Part shown: positions 13,178 to 25,800 of the stretch, piece by piece
How the letters are laid out: every line of letters begins with the position of its first letter
How positions within the stretch are numbered: position 1 is the first letter of the stretch
Assembly: GCF_006345805.1 (NCBI RefSeq)
Contig: NC_043012.1
Location: 42,408,001 to 42,472,000, forward strand
From: Octopus sinensis
Lineage: Eukaryota
Direction of reading: 5' to 3'
Length of the DNA: 64,000 bases
Position numbers and translations under genes: made by a program
The notes under the pieces: generated by a model
Database searches by the model: none
Seen by the model: only the letters and a program-made list of their open reading frames with translations
What the model was told of the DNA's origin: nothing

Positions 13178-15561
13178 AAATGCAAAGATAGATACCATAG
13201 AGAACCAATTCAGATAAATGCATAGGTACAGGTACACCTAATATATAGTAATGCTAATATGCATATATCCACATATACATAAAAGAGTATAAATGTAAAT
13301 CAATAACATAAAATAAAGGTATATATTGAAGAAAGTACCAATATAAACTAAGTATACAGGCTAATACTATGAAAGTTTATACCTGTAAATAGTGAGTAAA
13401 AAATTGGATAGATGGATAATTTAATGTACAGATCCAGAAGACTATAAATATAGACTAAATATATAAGGCTGGTAATATTTATAAAGTCTGATGTTTGTAA
13501 ATGAAAAGGTTTATTAGTAAATAGCATAAGATAAAAATTAAGGTGAGTACAAAGGAAGACCAAATATACAATATAAACCTGCCAAATAAACACATACAAA
13601 AAACCTGGATTCTCAACCTAAACAAAACAAACTCACAAAAAGGCTCTCATATATTGCACAAAAGTATTACATTAACTAGAGCTAGGTAACTAACCATGAT
13701 ATTCATATACACTATGCAATATTAGAAAACTTCGAGAATCACATATTACAAGGCAAAATACAACAATGAATGTGTTTTAAATGTCTATAGTGTATTTCCT
13801 TAAAAACAAGACAAAAACCACATACAACAAACCAAAAAAACAATTAATACTGGACACATCTATTATTATACATGTGTAGCTACAAAATATATAAAATTAT
13901 AAATTTATAAGTTGCATGCTTAAGAATTATAGAAGACCAACGTTAGTACAGTTAGTTACAGGAGGGAGTAAAAAATTATTAGTAGAAGAAGCTAAGTTCT
14001 ATCTGAATCTAGAGAAGTGAATGAATGTAGTAGTTTATGCAATGCAAAAAAAGTTTTTTTCTTTCATGTTGTTAATAATATGCCTACCCGCTTTAATAAT
14101 GAAAAAAATTTCATTAATACATAGAGAGCATTTTTTTTTTTCCATTATACACAGGTGCTGAAGTTAGTATTTTCCAATTTAATCTAAAATCTAAGTTCTT
14201 ACTTTTGAGTTCCAAATGTATGCACTTAACCCGTAGAGAGTACATTCTATTTTATTTCTAAAAAGTATATCTGTGTATAATCAGTCTCTGTTTATGCTAT
14301 TCATAGTTGCTCCGATATACACCCTACTACTAATTTGCGTATCCACAGTGCATTGGTAAACTACCTCCTTCCTGAGGCATTGATTACCAAACACACATTT
14401 ATTTCTGTTTCTGAAATTACAATTATTAACAGGTTGAGGTAATCTAAGATTAGTCCCCAATCCTGTACACCATTCACATTTAAAAGTGTTACAATTGTTA
14501 ACATCATCCAAACCCAAAATCAACGAATGAGTTAATTTAACATTATTGGCGATATTCCTATCACTAGTACTAGTATTGTTAGTAGTAGTATCATCTATTA
14601 CATTTATATTAACCCTAGCAGGTACGGTACGCTCATAATTTGTAAGAGGGTTGTTCCCGTTAGTTCCAGAAGAGTTTCTGTTCCTATTATTAAAGAGGGG
14701 CAAATTTCCATTATCTAAATTCAACTTTCTATCTTTGTAGAAATAATCCAGTTTCTAGAAGTAATCCAGTTTGTAGAAGTAATCCAGAGGAGATAATGGT
14801 GGCTAGATTATGAGTAATGCTATATCCTACTCTAACAGTACCATTATTAATTAAATGACTAAATTTATTCCTATCCTTACCAAAATGCCTAAATATTACA
14901 TTATGCAAAGCTCTAACTATGTCTGTTTTAATCTGCATAGCATATGGGATAATCAGCCAGAGTGTATCCTTATCAGAATTAGGATTGCCTATCGAATTAT
15001 TGTTTTTTGTAAAAATCCTATTCCTAGACCAACCCATTTGTTTGCTATCCTTACCATTGTCATTGTTATATCTATCTATATCAATATTCCCAAGATTATT
15101 ACGCAAGTAAACCTTGCCATTATCATATCTACCATAAGTTTTTATAAGTATATTATTAATATTACTACTATTACCCGTTTGTTCAGATCTATTTGAGCTA
15201 CCGTTCACTGTTCCGAGGTTAACATCACCTCTATAATATATTTTGTATAATGCCTTTACTGATATGTAATGGTGTAATAAAGTATTGATTGGGTATCATC
15301 TGTTAGTTGATGTTTTATTGATTTAAGTATGTTTCTCCATTTTCTAATTTTATATATATATATATACATTAATAGAATGAGATAAAAATCTCATTCTGTT
15401 TTTATATGTACGCATGCTGATATATGACCAACGTTGGACTCCTCATTCGCATAATCACCGAATCTGAAGCTTAACTATAGTCTGTCCATACCACTTACTC
15501 AGCATTACCTGACATCTTTGGGTGTTCTTGATACCATTACCTCTCATAACCTCAATACACT

Positions 15562-15600
<39 letters not shown>

Positions 15601-15605
<5 letters not shown>

Positions 15606-15872
15606 TAAAAACGGTAAAAAATAACAAAAGAAAGAAAGAGACCTCAATATTATGTAAATAGAGGAAATTTATCTATAAAATAATATGTTACGATTACTCA
15701 ATAGTCAAGATAAAACTCTGAGTTTCAGATGCCGAAGTGGAAATCCACAACAGCATCTCTTCTTTTTTCAGATGGCCAGATAACCGAAGAGATGGTGTTG
15801 TGGATTTCCACTTCGGCATCTGAAACTCAGATCTTTATCTTGACTATTGAGTAATCGTAACATATTTTATTT

Positions 15873-15875
<3 letters not shown>
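15601..15875. mobile_element. Family H1 inverted pair (minus copy 15601-15762, plus copy 15763-15875)
   Basis: Arms 15682-15762 and 15786-15866 are reverse complements; HHR-like motif 15779-15839 (+), degenerate; (TA)n on both sides. Confidence 0.8.
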
Positions 15876-15915
<40 letters not shown>

Positions 15916-15916
<1 letters not shown>

Positions 15917-16141
15917 GAAAGTACCACATGAGCACCTACATCACTATAAATAGAAGTCAAAAATACTTGTGTACCACAGAATAGTCATCAATCAAATATA
16001 AGCATGGTAGGAAATACTTCCAGTGTACATTAAAAACGTATTACCTCTGCAAGGTCAGTACAGGCGATACTGGTCAACTTAGAATCGGTTTCAAACTTAG
16101 CGCCAAATAGGTGTTGTTTCTCATCGGTCAAAGACTGTCAG
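15916..16141 (-). mobile_element. Short repeat family H2, copy 1, with degenerate hammerhead-like motif (16083-16127)
   Basis: Clearly homologous to 16738-16942; minus strand CCGAUGA-GAAAC...GUUU-GAAA-CCGA-UU. Confidence 0.55.
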
Positions 16142-16349
16142 CTTATTACTACTAAAATCTTCCCCCACCATGCTCGCAAAAGTTCGTTTGAAGTGACCAG
16201 ACACTATTTAAATAAACGAAATGCGTGAAATTATTTATAAATGAATATAAGAAGGAATGGTACTATTTAAATACCATCACGCGTGGCAAGTGTGTTGTCA
16301 GCCGTACATAAAATATATATATATATACTATATAAGATATATATACTCA

Positions 16350-16402
<53 letters not shown>

Positions 16403-16598
16403 GAAAATGAGGTACTCAGAAATTCGGATGGTTTTATATTTACAGATATTTATTTGCATATTACATGTTTTTATACATCATATAACTTAGATCATGTATT
16501 AGCGCTTTCTCCCATTCTAGTGGGGTTTTCAAATCGAACTAAGTTCCTGTGAAAAACGTTTTGACCATTTTATAGTGTTATTGAATGTATACGTATCG

Positions 16599-16673
<75 letters not shown>

Positions 16674-16737
16674 TGCGTGCGTGCGTGTGCTCGCGCGCGT
16701 GTGTGTGCTCGCGCGCGTGTGTGTGTGTGTGTATACA

Positions 16738-16942
16738 CGAAGGCACCACATGAACACCTACACCGCTAAAAATAGAAGTCAGAAATACTTCTGTACCACA
16801 GAGTGGTCACAAATTTAATACAGGCATGGTAGGAAAGAATTCCAATGAACATTAAAAACGTCTTCCCTCTGCCAAGTCAACTTGGAACCGGTTTCGAAAT
16901 TAGCGCCAAATAGGTGCCTGTTTCTCATCAGCTAAAGTACAG
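16738..16942 (-). mobile_element. Short repeat family H2, copy 2, with hammerhead core (16886-16931)
   Basis: CUGAUGA-GAAA...UUUC-GAAA-CCGG-UU; intact core and stem II, palindromic ACCGGU stem III, weak stem I. Confidence 0.55.
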
Positions 16943-17517
16943 CACATATATATGCACCCCCCCCCCTCCACACACACACAGAGAAAGACGCCTTTCTAGT
17001 TATCCATCCAGTATATCTAAAACATGTGTATATGTTATATCTTAACTACAGGACACACAAACAAACACGAAAAGAGTTGCGGACTTCATTTGTATATATA
17101 TTTTAAAGAAACACAGAATATCAGTCTCAAGTTTCATTGTATTGGACAGGAGCCATGGTTATGGTGGTACTTTCTTGGTGAGTGTCTTGTGATTGTTATT
17201 AGTACTGATGTATATTGATGTTTATAGCATTTAAAGTCGTTGTCATTTGTAGAGTTATGAGCGCTATGGTGATAGTGACATGGCTAAATGATTAAGATTT
17301 TTCTCATCGTGACAACGAGGTCTCGGGTTCAATCTTACTTTGTGGAATCTACAATGATTTTATTGTATTTCTGGATCGACCGAAGTTTTGTGAGTGAAAC
17401 TGGAAATTGTTTAGAAGCGGGTGTTGTTTATGTTTATAATTGAAAACTCCAGCCTACAGGGTGACGGCCTAGCCAGGCCCCAATCTTATGACAAACCAAA
17501 TAAAGCTATGTATTTTA

Positions 17518-17568
<51 letters not shown>

Positions 17569-17855
17569 GGTTTTATTTTTTTAATTTTGTAGGTAAGTGG
17601 TGGATGGGACCAACAACTTTGTCTGTGGAACTTAGAAACTGGACAGTAAGTACATTACATTATTATTCACGCACACACACACATACATATATATAAAGAA
17701 GCATTGGTTATAGAACTAACATCAAATTTGGGTCAACGACTTTACATACAACACCACCCCTTCAAACATTTAATCATATATAAAAAACACCATGGTCTAC
17801 AAACACATGAAATAATAATACATATACATAAAATCACAGAATGTAAATATATATA

Positions 17856-18952
17856 CGAGGGGCGTTCAATAAGTAATGCCCCTGACCCACTTCCCATAGC
17901 AGTAGAGCAACGAAACTTGGCACAGTTATTAGTCTTTTTTACATAGGAACCACACAGAGTTACGCATTTCTCCCATCGTTTGATGCAGCTCTGGAGACCG
18001 TTTTTGTAGAAGACCCCAGCTTGGTCCTCCAACCACGACGTGACTTCAGAAATAAAGGCTGCATCATCTGGGAAACGCTTTCCTTTCAAAAACAAATTCA
18101 TGGCTGGGAAGAGGTGAAAATCAGAGGGTGCAAGGTCAGGAGAGTAGGGGGATGGGGGAAGAGTTCATAGTCGCACACCTGTGCTTCTGATCTGGCGGCA
18201 TGCGAGTTGTGGACCGGAGCGTTGTCCTACAGGAGGAGGATGCCTTTGCCCCGCCTCTTGATTTTGATAGCTTCTCTTAATTTCCTCAAAAGTGAAGCAT
18301 AATAGGCTCCTGTAATTGTGGTACCCTTTGCCAGGAAATCTGTCATCACTACTCCGTCCTGGTCCCAGAAGACTGTGAACATGACTTTACCAGCGGAGGG
18401 CTGCAGCTTTGCCTTCTTTGGAGGAGGTGAGTCACGGTGCTTCCACTGCATTGACTGGGCTTTGGTCTCTGTATCATAGTGATGGACCCAGGTTTCATCC
18501 TGTGTAATCAGTCTTTTGAAAATTTTGAATCATCTTCTTGGCACATCTCCAAATTAACCCTCGAGCACTCGACGCGTTCTTGCTTCTGGAAAGGTGTGAG
18601 CAACCTGGGAATCCATCTGGCAGACACCTTTTGCATATGCAAATGGTCATGAATGATAGTTTCCACAGACCCGGTACTAATCTTGACCTCCTGGGGTATT
18701 TGGCGAATAGTTATGCGTCGATCTTCCAAAATGGCAGCCTCAACTTGACGGACAGATGCCTCATCAATGGCAGAAGGGGGCGACCAGATCTGGGAGCTGT
18801 TTCCACAGAGTTCCGACCATGTTTGAATTCACGATGCCAGCGTTTTACAAGGTCATATGATGGGGCATCATCACCATAAGTAACATGCAAAATTTCAGCT
18901 AGATCAAACAACTGCAAGTGAGTCAGGGGCATTACTTATTGAACGTACCTCG
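17856..18952 (-). mobile_element. Mariner (DD34D) DNA transposon, both TIRs present, transposase disrupted and N-terminally deleted
   Basis: 31-bp TIRs CGAGGGGCGTTCAATAAGTAATGCCCCTGAC and its reverse complement (2 mismatches), TA on both flanks. Minus frames give VKRWHREFKHGR..PRSGRP, WIPRLLT, DETWVHHYD, KVMFTVFWD, DNAP, HPPYSPDLAPSDFHLF; several frameshifts and a stop. Confidence 0.95.
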
Positions 18953-19002
<50 letters not shown>

Positions 19003-19893
19003 GCAATGAAATACAAATAGAATGGCTTATCAAAAGTTAAATATAACGACTAAAAATTCAAAACTATTAAAAAGCCTAATGGACAATATAAAATGATAAA
19101 AATAAAGATAAAATTGTTGTCCACCGACTAAAAATATTTTAGCAGACGATTAAAATATTTTTAAAAAAAATATTTGCAAAAGCCTTTTACTTCCCTCACA
19201 CAGGTACGTCCAAAGATCATAAGAAAGCATACTTCCACAGGTCAAATTCACATACATCTTGAAAAAAGTCTTTTTGATATTGAATGCTTGTGTGTGTACA
19301 TGTATCACACGCGCACACGCCAATATACACACAGAGATATTGTTGGGTATGCATGTATGTATATATTATATATTATAATATCATATATATATAATAGATA
19401 TATATATAACATATACATAAATATATAATATAGCATATTATGTATATATCTATTATATATGAGTTTGGAGTGAAATGTGTGGGGTGTAGAGGTGCCCAAA
19501 ATGGCCAGGGTAGTAGGGAACAGCAAACAGGGGGACTCGAGGTCATAAAAGTCGCAGTTTCCGATTCCCAGACCAGCATTGTACAAGTGTTTGATTGAGC
19601 GAAAATCACCTAGAAAAAGCTATCCACGAGACTTTCCAAAAGCAGGGGGCGTGTGACCCGGCTGTTTCTTTCACCAACTTTCTCTCACTCTTTCATCCTG
19701 TTTCGGTGTACCTGTATTTCAAAGAGCCAGTCTTGTCACGCTGAATCTTCCCCGAGATATGTTAGGTACGCGTGTCTATGAATGCTCAGCCCTTGCTTTA
19801 CAAAAATTCACGAGCAGGCTGTTCTGTTGATTAAAAAGCCCTGGAACCCGCGTCGTAGTAAACGACGGATGCCACGATATATATATAGATATA

Positions 19894-22800
19894 TATCCGT
19901 AATAATGAAGGGTGAAATTAATTAATTTGGAATAATTATCAATTACCAATAGTCTTCGGCATGTAAAGCCTCATTTGAGGAAAATTTAAGTATACTACTA
20001 AGCAATAAGGGTTCAGCAACGAATTGCCTTACCACATACCGAATTTAGAAAATAGCAGTCAAGGGTTATAGCTATTTTCTAACTAAAAAAGGGAGATCTC
20101 AGTAAAAACACAGCAATTGGAAGGCTGACACAAACAGGTAAGAGAGAATGAATTAACCGCAATCTATCAAACATTTTTAAAGTTATCCACGGACGTACGT
20201 TTCGAAATCAAGTTTTAGGAAAGCATAAGAATTAAAATATTAAATATTAAATAATTCTATCTTACCGAAACTTCTTTCTCTTCATCAGCGTGGAATACTA
20301 TAATCATAAATGATTATATATTGAATTTTGAGATACTAGGAGGTACCAACTCAACTCAGTATCAGAGCGAGCTAGAATCCTCAACTAGTATCACCGAATT
20401 CAAATTTGTGAATGAAACGATTGTGTCAACAGCCCCTTCCCACCCCGCGTGCAGCCAAAACAAGATGCTGTAGTCATCTACTGAGATAAAATATGGTTAT
20501 CCGTAATAATGAAGGGTGAATTAATTAATTTGGAATAATTATCAATTACACCAAGTAGTCTTCGGCATGTAAAAGCCTCATTTGAGGAAAATTTAAGTAA
20601 TACTAAGCAATAAGGGTTCAGCAACGAATTGCCTTACCACATACCGAATTTAGAAATAGCAGTCAAAGGGTTATAGCTATTTCTTCTACTAAAAAGGGAG
20701 ATCTCAGTAAAAACAGCAATTGGAAGGCTGACACAAACAGGTAAGAGAGAATGAATTAACCGCAATCTATCAAACATTTTTAAAGTTATATCCACGGACG
20801 TACGTACGTTTCGAAATCAAGTTTTAGGAAAGCATAAGAATAAAATATTAATATTAAATAATTCTATCTTACCGAAACTTCTTTTCTCTTCAGCGTGGAA
20901 TACTATATCATAAATGATTATATATTGAATTTGAGATACTAGGAGGTCCCAACTCAACTCAGTATCAGAGCGAGCTAGAATCCTCAACTAGTATCACCGA
21001 ATTCAAATTTGTGAATGAAACGATTGTGTCAACAGCCCCTTCCCACCCGCGTGGCAGCCAAACACAAGATGCTGTGTCATCTACTGAATAAAATATGGTT
21101 ATCCGTATAATGAAGGTGAAATAATTAATTTGGAATAATTATCAATTACACCAAGTAGTCTTCGGCATGTAAAAGCCTCATTTGAGGAAAATTTAAGTAA
21201 TACTAAGCAATAAGGGTTCAGCAACGAATTGCCTTACCACATACCGAATTTAGAAATAGCAGTCAAAGGGTTATAGCTATTTCTTCTACTAAAAAGGGAG
21301 ATCTCTCAGTAAAAACAGCAATGGAAGGCTGACACAAACAGGTAAGAGAGAATGAATAACCACAATCTATCAACACATTTTAAAGTTATCCTCCGGGACG
21401 TACGTTTCGAAATCAAGTTTTAGGAAAGCATAAGAATTAAAATATTAAATATTAAATAATTCTATCTTACGCGAAACTTCTTTTCTCTTCAGCGTGGTTG
21501 ATACTATAATCAAAATGATTATATATTGAATTTTGAGATACTAGGAGGTACCAACTCAACTCAGTATCAGAGCGAGCTAGAATCCTCAACTAGTATCACC
21601 GAATTCAAATTTTGTGAATGAAACGATTGTGTCAACAGCCCCTTCCCACCCGCGTGTAGCCAAAACAAGATGCTGTGGTCATCTACTGAGATAAAATATG
21701 GTATCTCCGTATAATGAAGGGTGAAATTAATTAATTTGGAATAATTATCAATTACACCAAGTAGTCTTCGGCATGTAAAAGCCTCATTTGAGGAAAATTT
21801 AAGTAATACTAAGCAATAAGGGTTCAGCAACGAATTGCCTTACCACATACCGAATTTAGAAATAGCAGTCAAAGGGTTATAGCTATTTCTTCTACTAAAA
21901 AGGGAGATCTCAGTAAAACAGCAATTGGAAGCTGACACAAACAGGTAAGAGAGAATGAATTAACCGCAATCTATCAAACATTTTTAAAGTTATCCACGAC
22001 GTACGTTTCGAAATCAAGTTTTAGGAAAGCATAAGAATTAAAATATTAAATATTAAATATTCTATCTTACCGAAACTTCTTTTCCTCTTCAGCACGTGGA
22101 ATACTATATCATAAATGATTATATATTGATTTTGAGATACTATGAGGTACACAACTCACTCAGTATCAGAGCGAGCTAGAATCCTCAACTAGTATCACCG
22201 AATTCAAATTTGTGAATGAAACGATTGTGTCAACAGCCCCTTCCCACCCGCGTGTAGCCAAAACAAGATGCTGTGGTCATCTACTGAGATAAAATATGGT
22301 TATCCGTAATAATGAAGGGTGAATTAATTAATTTGGAATAATTATCAATTACACCAAGTAGTCTTCGGCATGTAAAAGCCTCATTTGAGGAAAATTTAGT
22401 AATACTAAGCAATAAGGGTTCAGCAAACGAATTGCCTTCCACATACCGAATTTAGAAATAGCAGTCAAAGGGTTATAGCTATTTCTTCTACTAAAAAGGA
22501 GATCTCAGTAAAAACAGCAATTGGAAGGCTGACACAAACAGGTAAGAGAGAATGAATTAACCGCAATCTATCAAACATTTTTAAAGTTATCCACGGACGT
22601 ACGTTTCGAAATCAAGTTTTAGGAAAGCATAAGATTAAATATTAAATATTAAATAATTCTATCTTACCGAAACTTCTTTTCTCTTCAGCGTGGAATACTA
22701 TAATCATAAATGATTATATATTGAATTTTGAGATACTATTAGTTACCAACTCAACTCAGTATCAGAGCGAGCTAGAATCCTCAACTAGTATCACCGAATC

Positions 22801-25800
22801 AAATTGTGAATGAAACGATTGTGTCAACAGCCCCTTCCCACCCGCGTGTAGCCAAACAAGATGCTGTGTCATCTACTGAGATAAAATATGGTTATCCGTA
22901 ATAATGAAGGGTGAAATTAATTAATTTGGAATAATTATCAATTACAACCAACGTAGTCTTCGGCATGTAAAAGCCTCATTTGAGGAAAATTTAGTAATAC
23001 TAAGCATAAGGGTTCAGCAAACGAATTGCCTTACCACATACCGAATTTAGAAATAGCAGTCAAAGGGTTATAGCTATTTCTTCTACTAAAAGGGAGATCT
23101 CAGTAAAAACAGCAATTGGAAGGCTGACACAAACAGGTAAGAGAGAATGAAACCGCAATCTATCAAACATTTTTAAAGTTATCCACGGACGTACGTTGAA
23201 ATCAAGTTTTGGAAAGCATAAGAATTAAAATATTAATATTAAATAATTCTATCTTACCGAAACTTCTTTTCTCTTCAGCGTGGAATACTATAATCATAAA
23301 TGATTATATATTGAATTTGAGATACTAGAGGTACCAACTCAACTCAGTATCAGAGCGAGCTAGAATCCTCAACTAGTATCACCGAATTCAAATTTGTGAA
23401 TGAAACGATTGTGTCAACAGCCCCTTCCCACCCGCGTGTGCAGCCAAAACAAGATGCTGTGGGTCATCTACTGAGATAAAAATGGTTATCCGTAATAATG
23501 AAGGGTGAAATTAATTAATTTGGAATAATTATCAATTACACCAAGTAGTCTTCGGCATGTAAAAGCCTCATTTGAGGAAAATTTAAGTAATACTAAGCAA
23601 TAAGGGTTCAGCAACGAATTGCCTTACCACATACCGAATTTAGAAATAGCAGTCAAAGGGTTATAGCTATTTCTTCTACTAAAAAGGGAGATCTCAGTAA
23701 AAACAGCAATTGGAAGGCTGACACAAACAGGTAAGAGAGAATGAATTAACCGCAATCTATCAAACATTTTTTAAAGTTATCCACGGACGTACGTTTCGAA
23801 ATCAAGTTTTAGGAAAGCATAAGAATTAAAATATTAAATATTAAATAATTCTATCTTACCGAAACTTCTTTTCCTCTTCAGCGTGGAATACTATAATCAT
23901 AAATGATTATATATTGAATTTTGAGATACTAGGAGGTACCCAACTCAACTCAGTATCAGAGCGAGCTAGAATCCTCAACTAGTATCACCGAATTCAAATT
24001 TGTGAATGAAACGATGTGTCAACAGCCCCTCCCATCCCACCCGCGTGCAGCCAAAACAAGATGCTGTGGTCATCTACTGAGATAAAATATGGTTATCCGT
24101 AATAATGAAGGGTGAAATTAATAATTTGGAATAATTATCAATTACACCAAGTAGTCTTCGGCATGTAAAAGCCTCATTTGAGGAAAATTTAAGTAATACT
24201 AAGCAATAAGGGTTCAGCAACGAATTGCCTTACCACATACCGAATTTAGAAATAGCAGTCAAAGGGTTATAGCTATTTCTTCTACTAAAAAGGGAGATCT
24301 CAGTAAAAACACAATTGGAAGGCTGACACAAACAGGTAAGAGAGAATGAATTAACCGCAATCTATCAAACATTTTTAAAGTTATCCACGGACGTACGTTT
24401 CGAAATCAAGTTTTAGGAAAGCATAAGAATTAAAATATTAAATTAAATAATTCTATCTTACCGAAACTTCTTTCTCTTCAGCGTGGAATACTATAATCAT
24501 AAATGATTATATATTGAATTTTGAGATACTAGGAGGTACCAACTCAACTCAGTATCAGAGCGAGCTAGAATCCTCAACTAGTATCACCGAATTCAAATTT
24601 GTGAATGAAACGATTGTGTCAACAGCCCCTTCCCACCCGCGTGTAGCCAAAACAAGATGCTGTGGTCATCTACTGAGATAAAATATGGTTATCCGTAATA
24701 ATGAAGGGTGAATTAATTAATTTGGAATAATTATCAATTACACCAAGTAGTCTTCGCATGTAAAGCCTCATTTGAGGAAATTTAAGTAATACTAAGCAAT
24801 AAGGGTTCAGCAACGAATTGCCTTACCACATACCGAATTTAGAAATAGCAGTCAAAGGGTTTAGCTATTTCTTCTACTAAAAAGGGAGATCTCAGTAAAA
24901 ACAGCAATTGGAAGGCTGACACAAACAGGTAAGAGAGAATGAATTAACCGCAATCTATCAAACATTTTTAAAGTTATCCACGGACGTACGTTTCGAAATC
25001 AAGTTTTAGGAAAGCATAAGAATTAAAAATATTAAATATTAAATAATTCTATCTTACCGAAACTTCTTTCTCTTCAGCGTGGAATACTATATCATAAATG
25101 ATTATATATTGAATTTTGAGATACTAGGAGGTACCAACTCAACTCAGTATCAGAGCGAGCTAGAATCCTCAACTAGTATCACCGAATTCAAATTTGTGAA
25201 TGAAACGATTGTGTCAACAGCCCTTCCACCCGCGTGTAGCCAAAACAAGATGCTGTGTCATCTACTGAGATAAAATATGGTTATCCGTAATAATGAAGGT
25301 GAAATTAATTAATTTGGAATAATTATCAATTACACCAAGTAGTCTTCGGCATGTAAAAGCCTCATTTGAGGAAAATTTAAGTAATACTAAGCAATAAGGG
25401 TTCAGCAACGAATTGCCTTACCACATACCGAATTTAGAAATAGCAGTCAAAGGGTTATAGCTATTTCTTCTACTAAAAAGGGAGATCTCAGTAAAAACAG
25501 CAATTGGAAGGCTGACACAAACAGGTAAGAGAGAATGAATTAACCGCAATCTATCAACATTTTTAAAGTTATCCACGGACGTACGTTTCGAAATCAAGTT
25601 TTAGGAAAGCATAAGAATTAAAATATTAAATATTAAATAATTCTATCTTACCGAAACTTCTTTTCTCTTCAGCGTGGAATACTATAATCATAAATGATTA
25701 TATATTGAATTTGAGATACTGGAGGTACCAACTCAACTCAGTATCAGAGCGAGCTAGAATCCTCACTAGTATCACCGAATTCAAATTTGTGAATGAAACG

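Larger units (their letters stand above)
11403..15351 (-). mobile_element. Penelope-like element lacking RT: linker plus GIY-YIG endonuclease remnant, ~2.2-kb 3' region with hammerhead, and a 5' inverted copy of its 3' tail
   Basis: Minus ORFs 14729-15208 (WLIIPY...HFGKD...LINNGTVRVGYSITHNL) and 14281-14724 (CNFRNRNKCVFGNQCLRKEVVYQCTV...VYIGAT). Frameshifted continuation to ~13990 (STGLSAYIWELK...WKILTSAPVYNGK..CSLC.NE). 11533-11647 is the reverse complement of 15237-15351 (1 mismatch). (TA)n on both sides. Confidence 0.85.

Noticed and set aside
17275-17430. Further old SINE copies (also ~32050, ~53180, ~57100, ~61060)
   Set aside because: Only fragmentary motifs are recognisable; boundaries cannot be supported by eye.
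25079-25273. Plus-strand mini-ORF in the array unit (LNFEILGGTNSTQYQSELES...) as a GIY-YIG C-terminal remnant
   Set aside because: Only a vague resemblance, antisense to the hammerhead (opposite to the arrangement in the two clear PLEs here), and its start depends on an indel.
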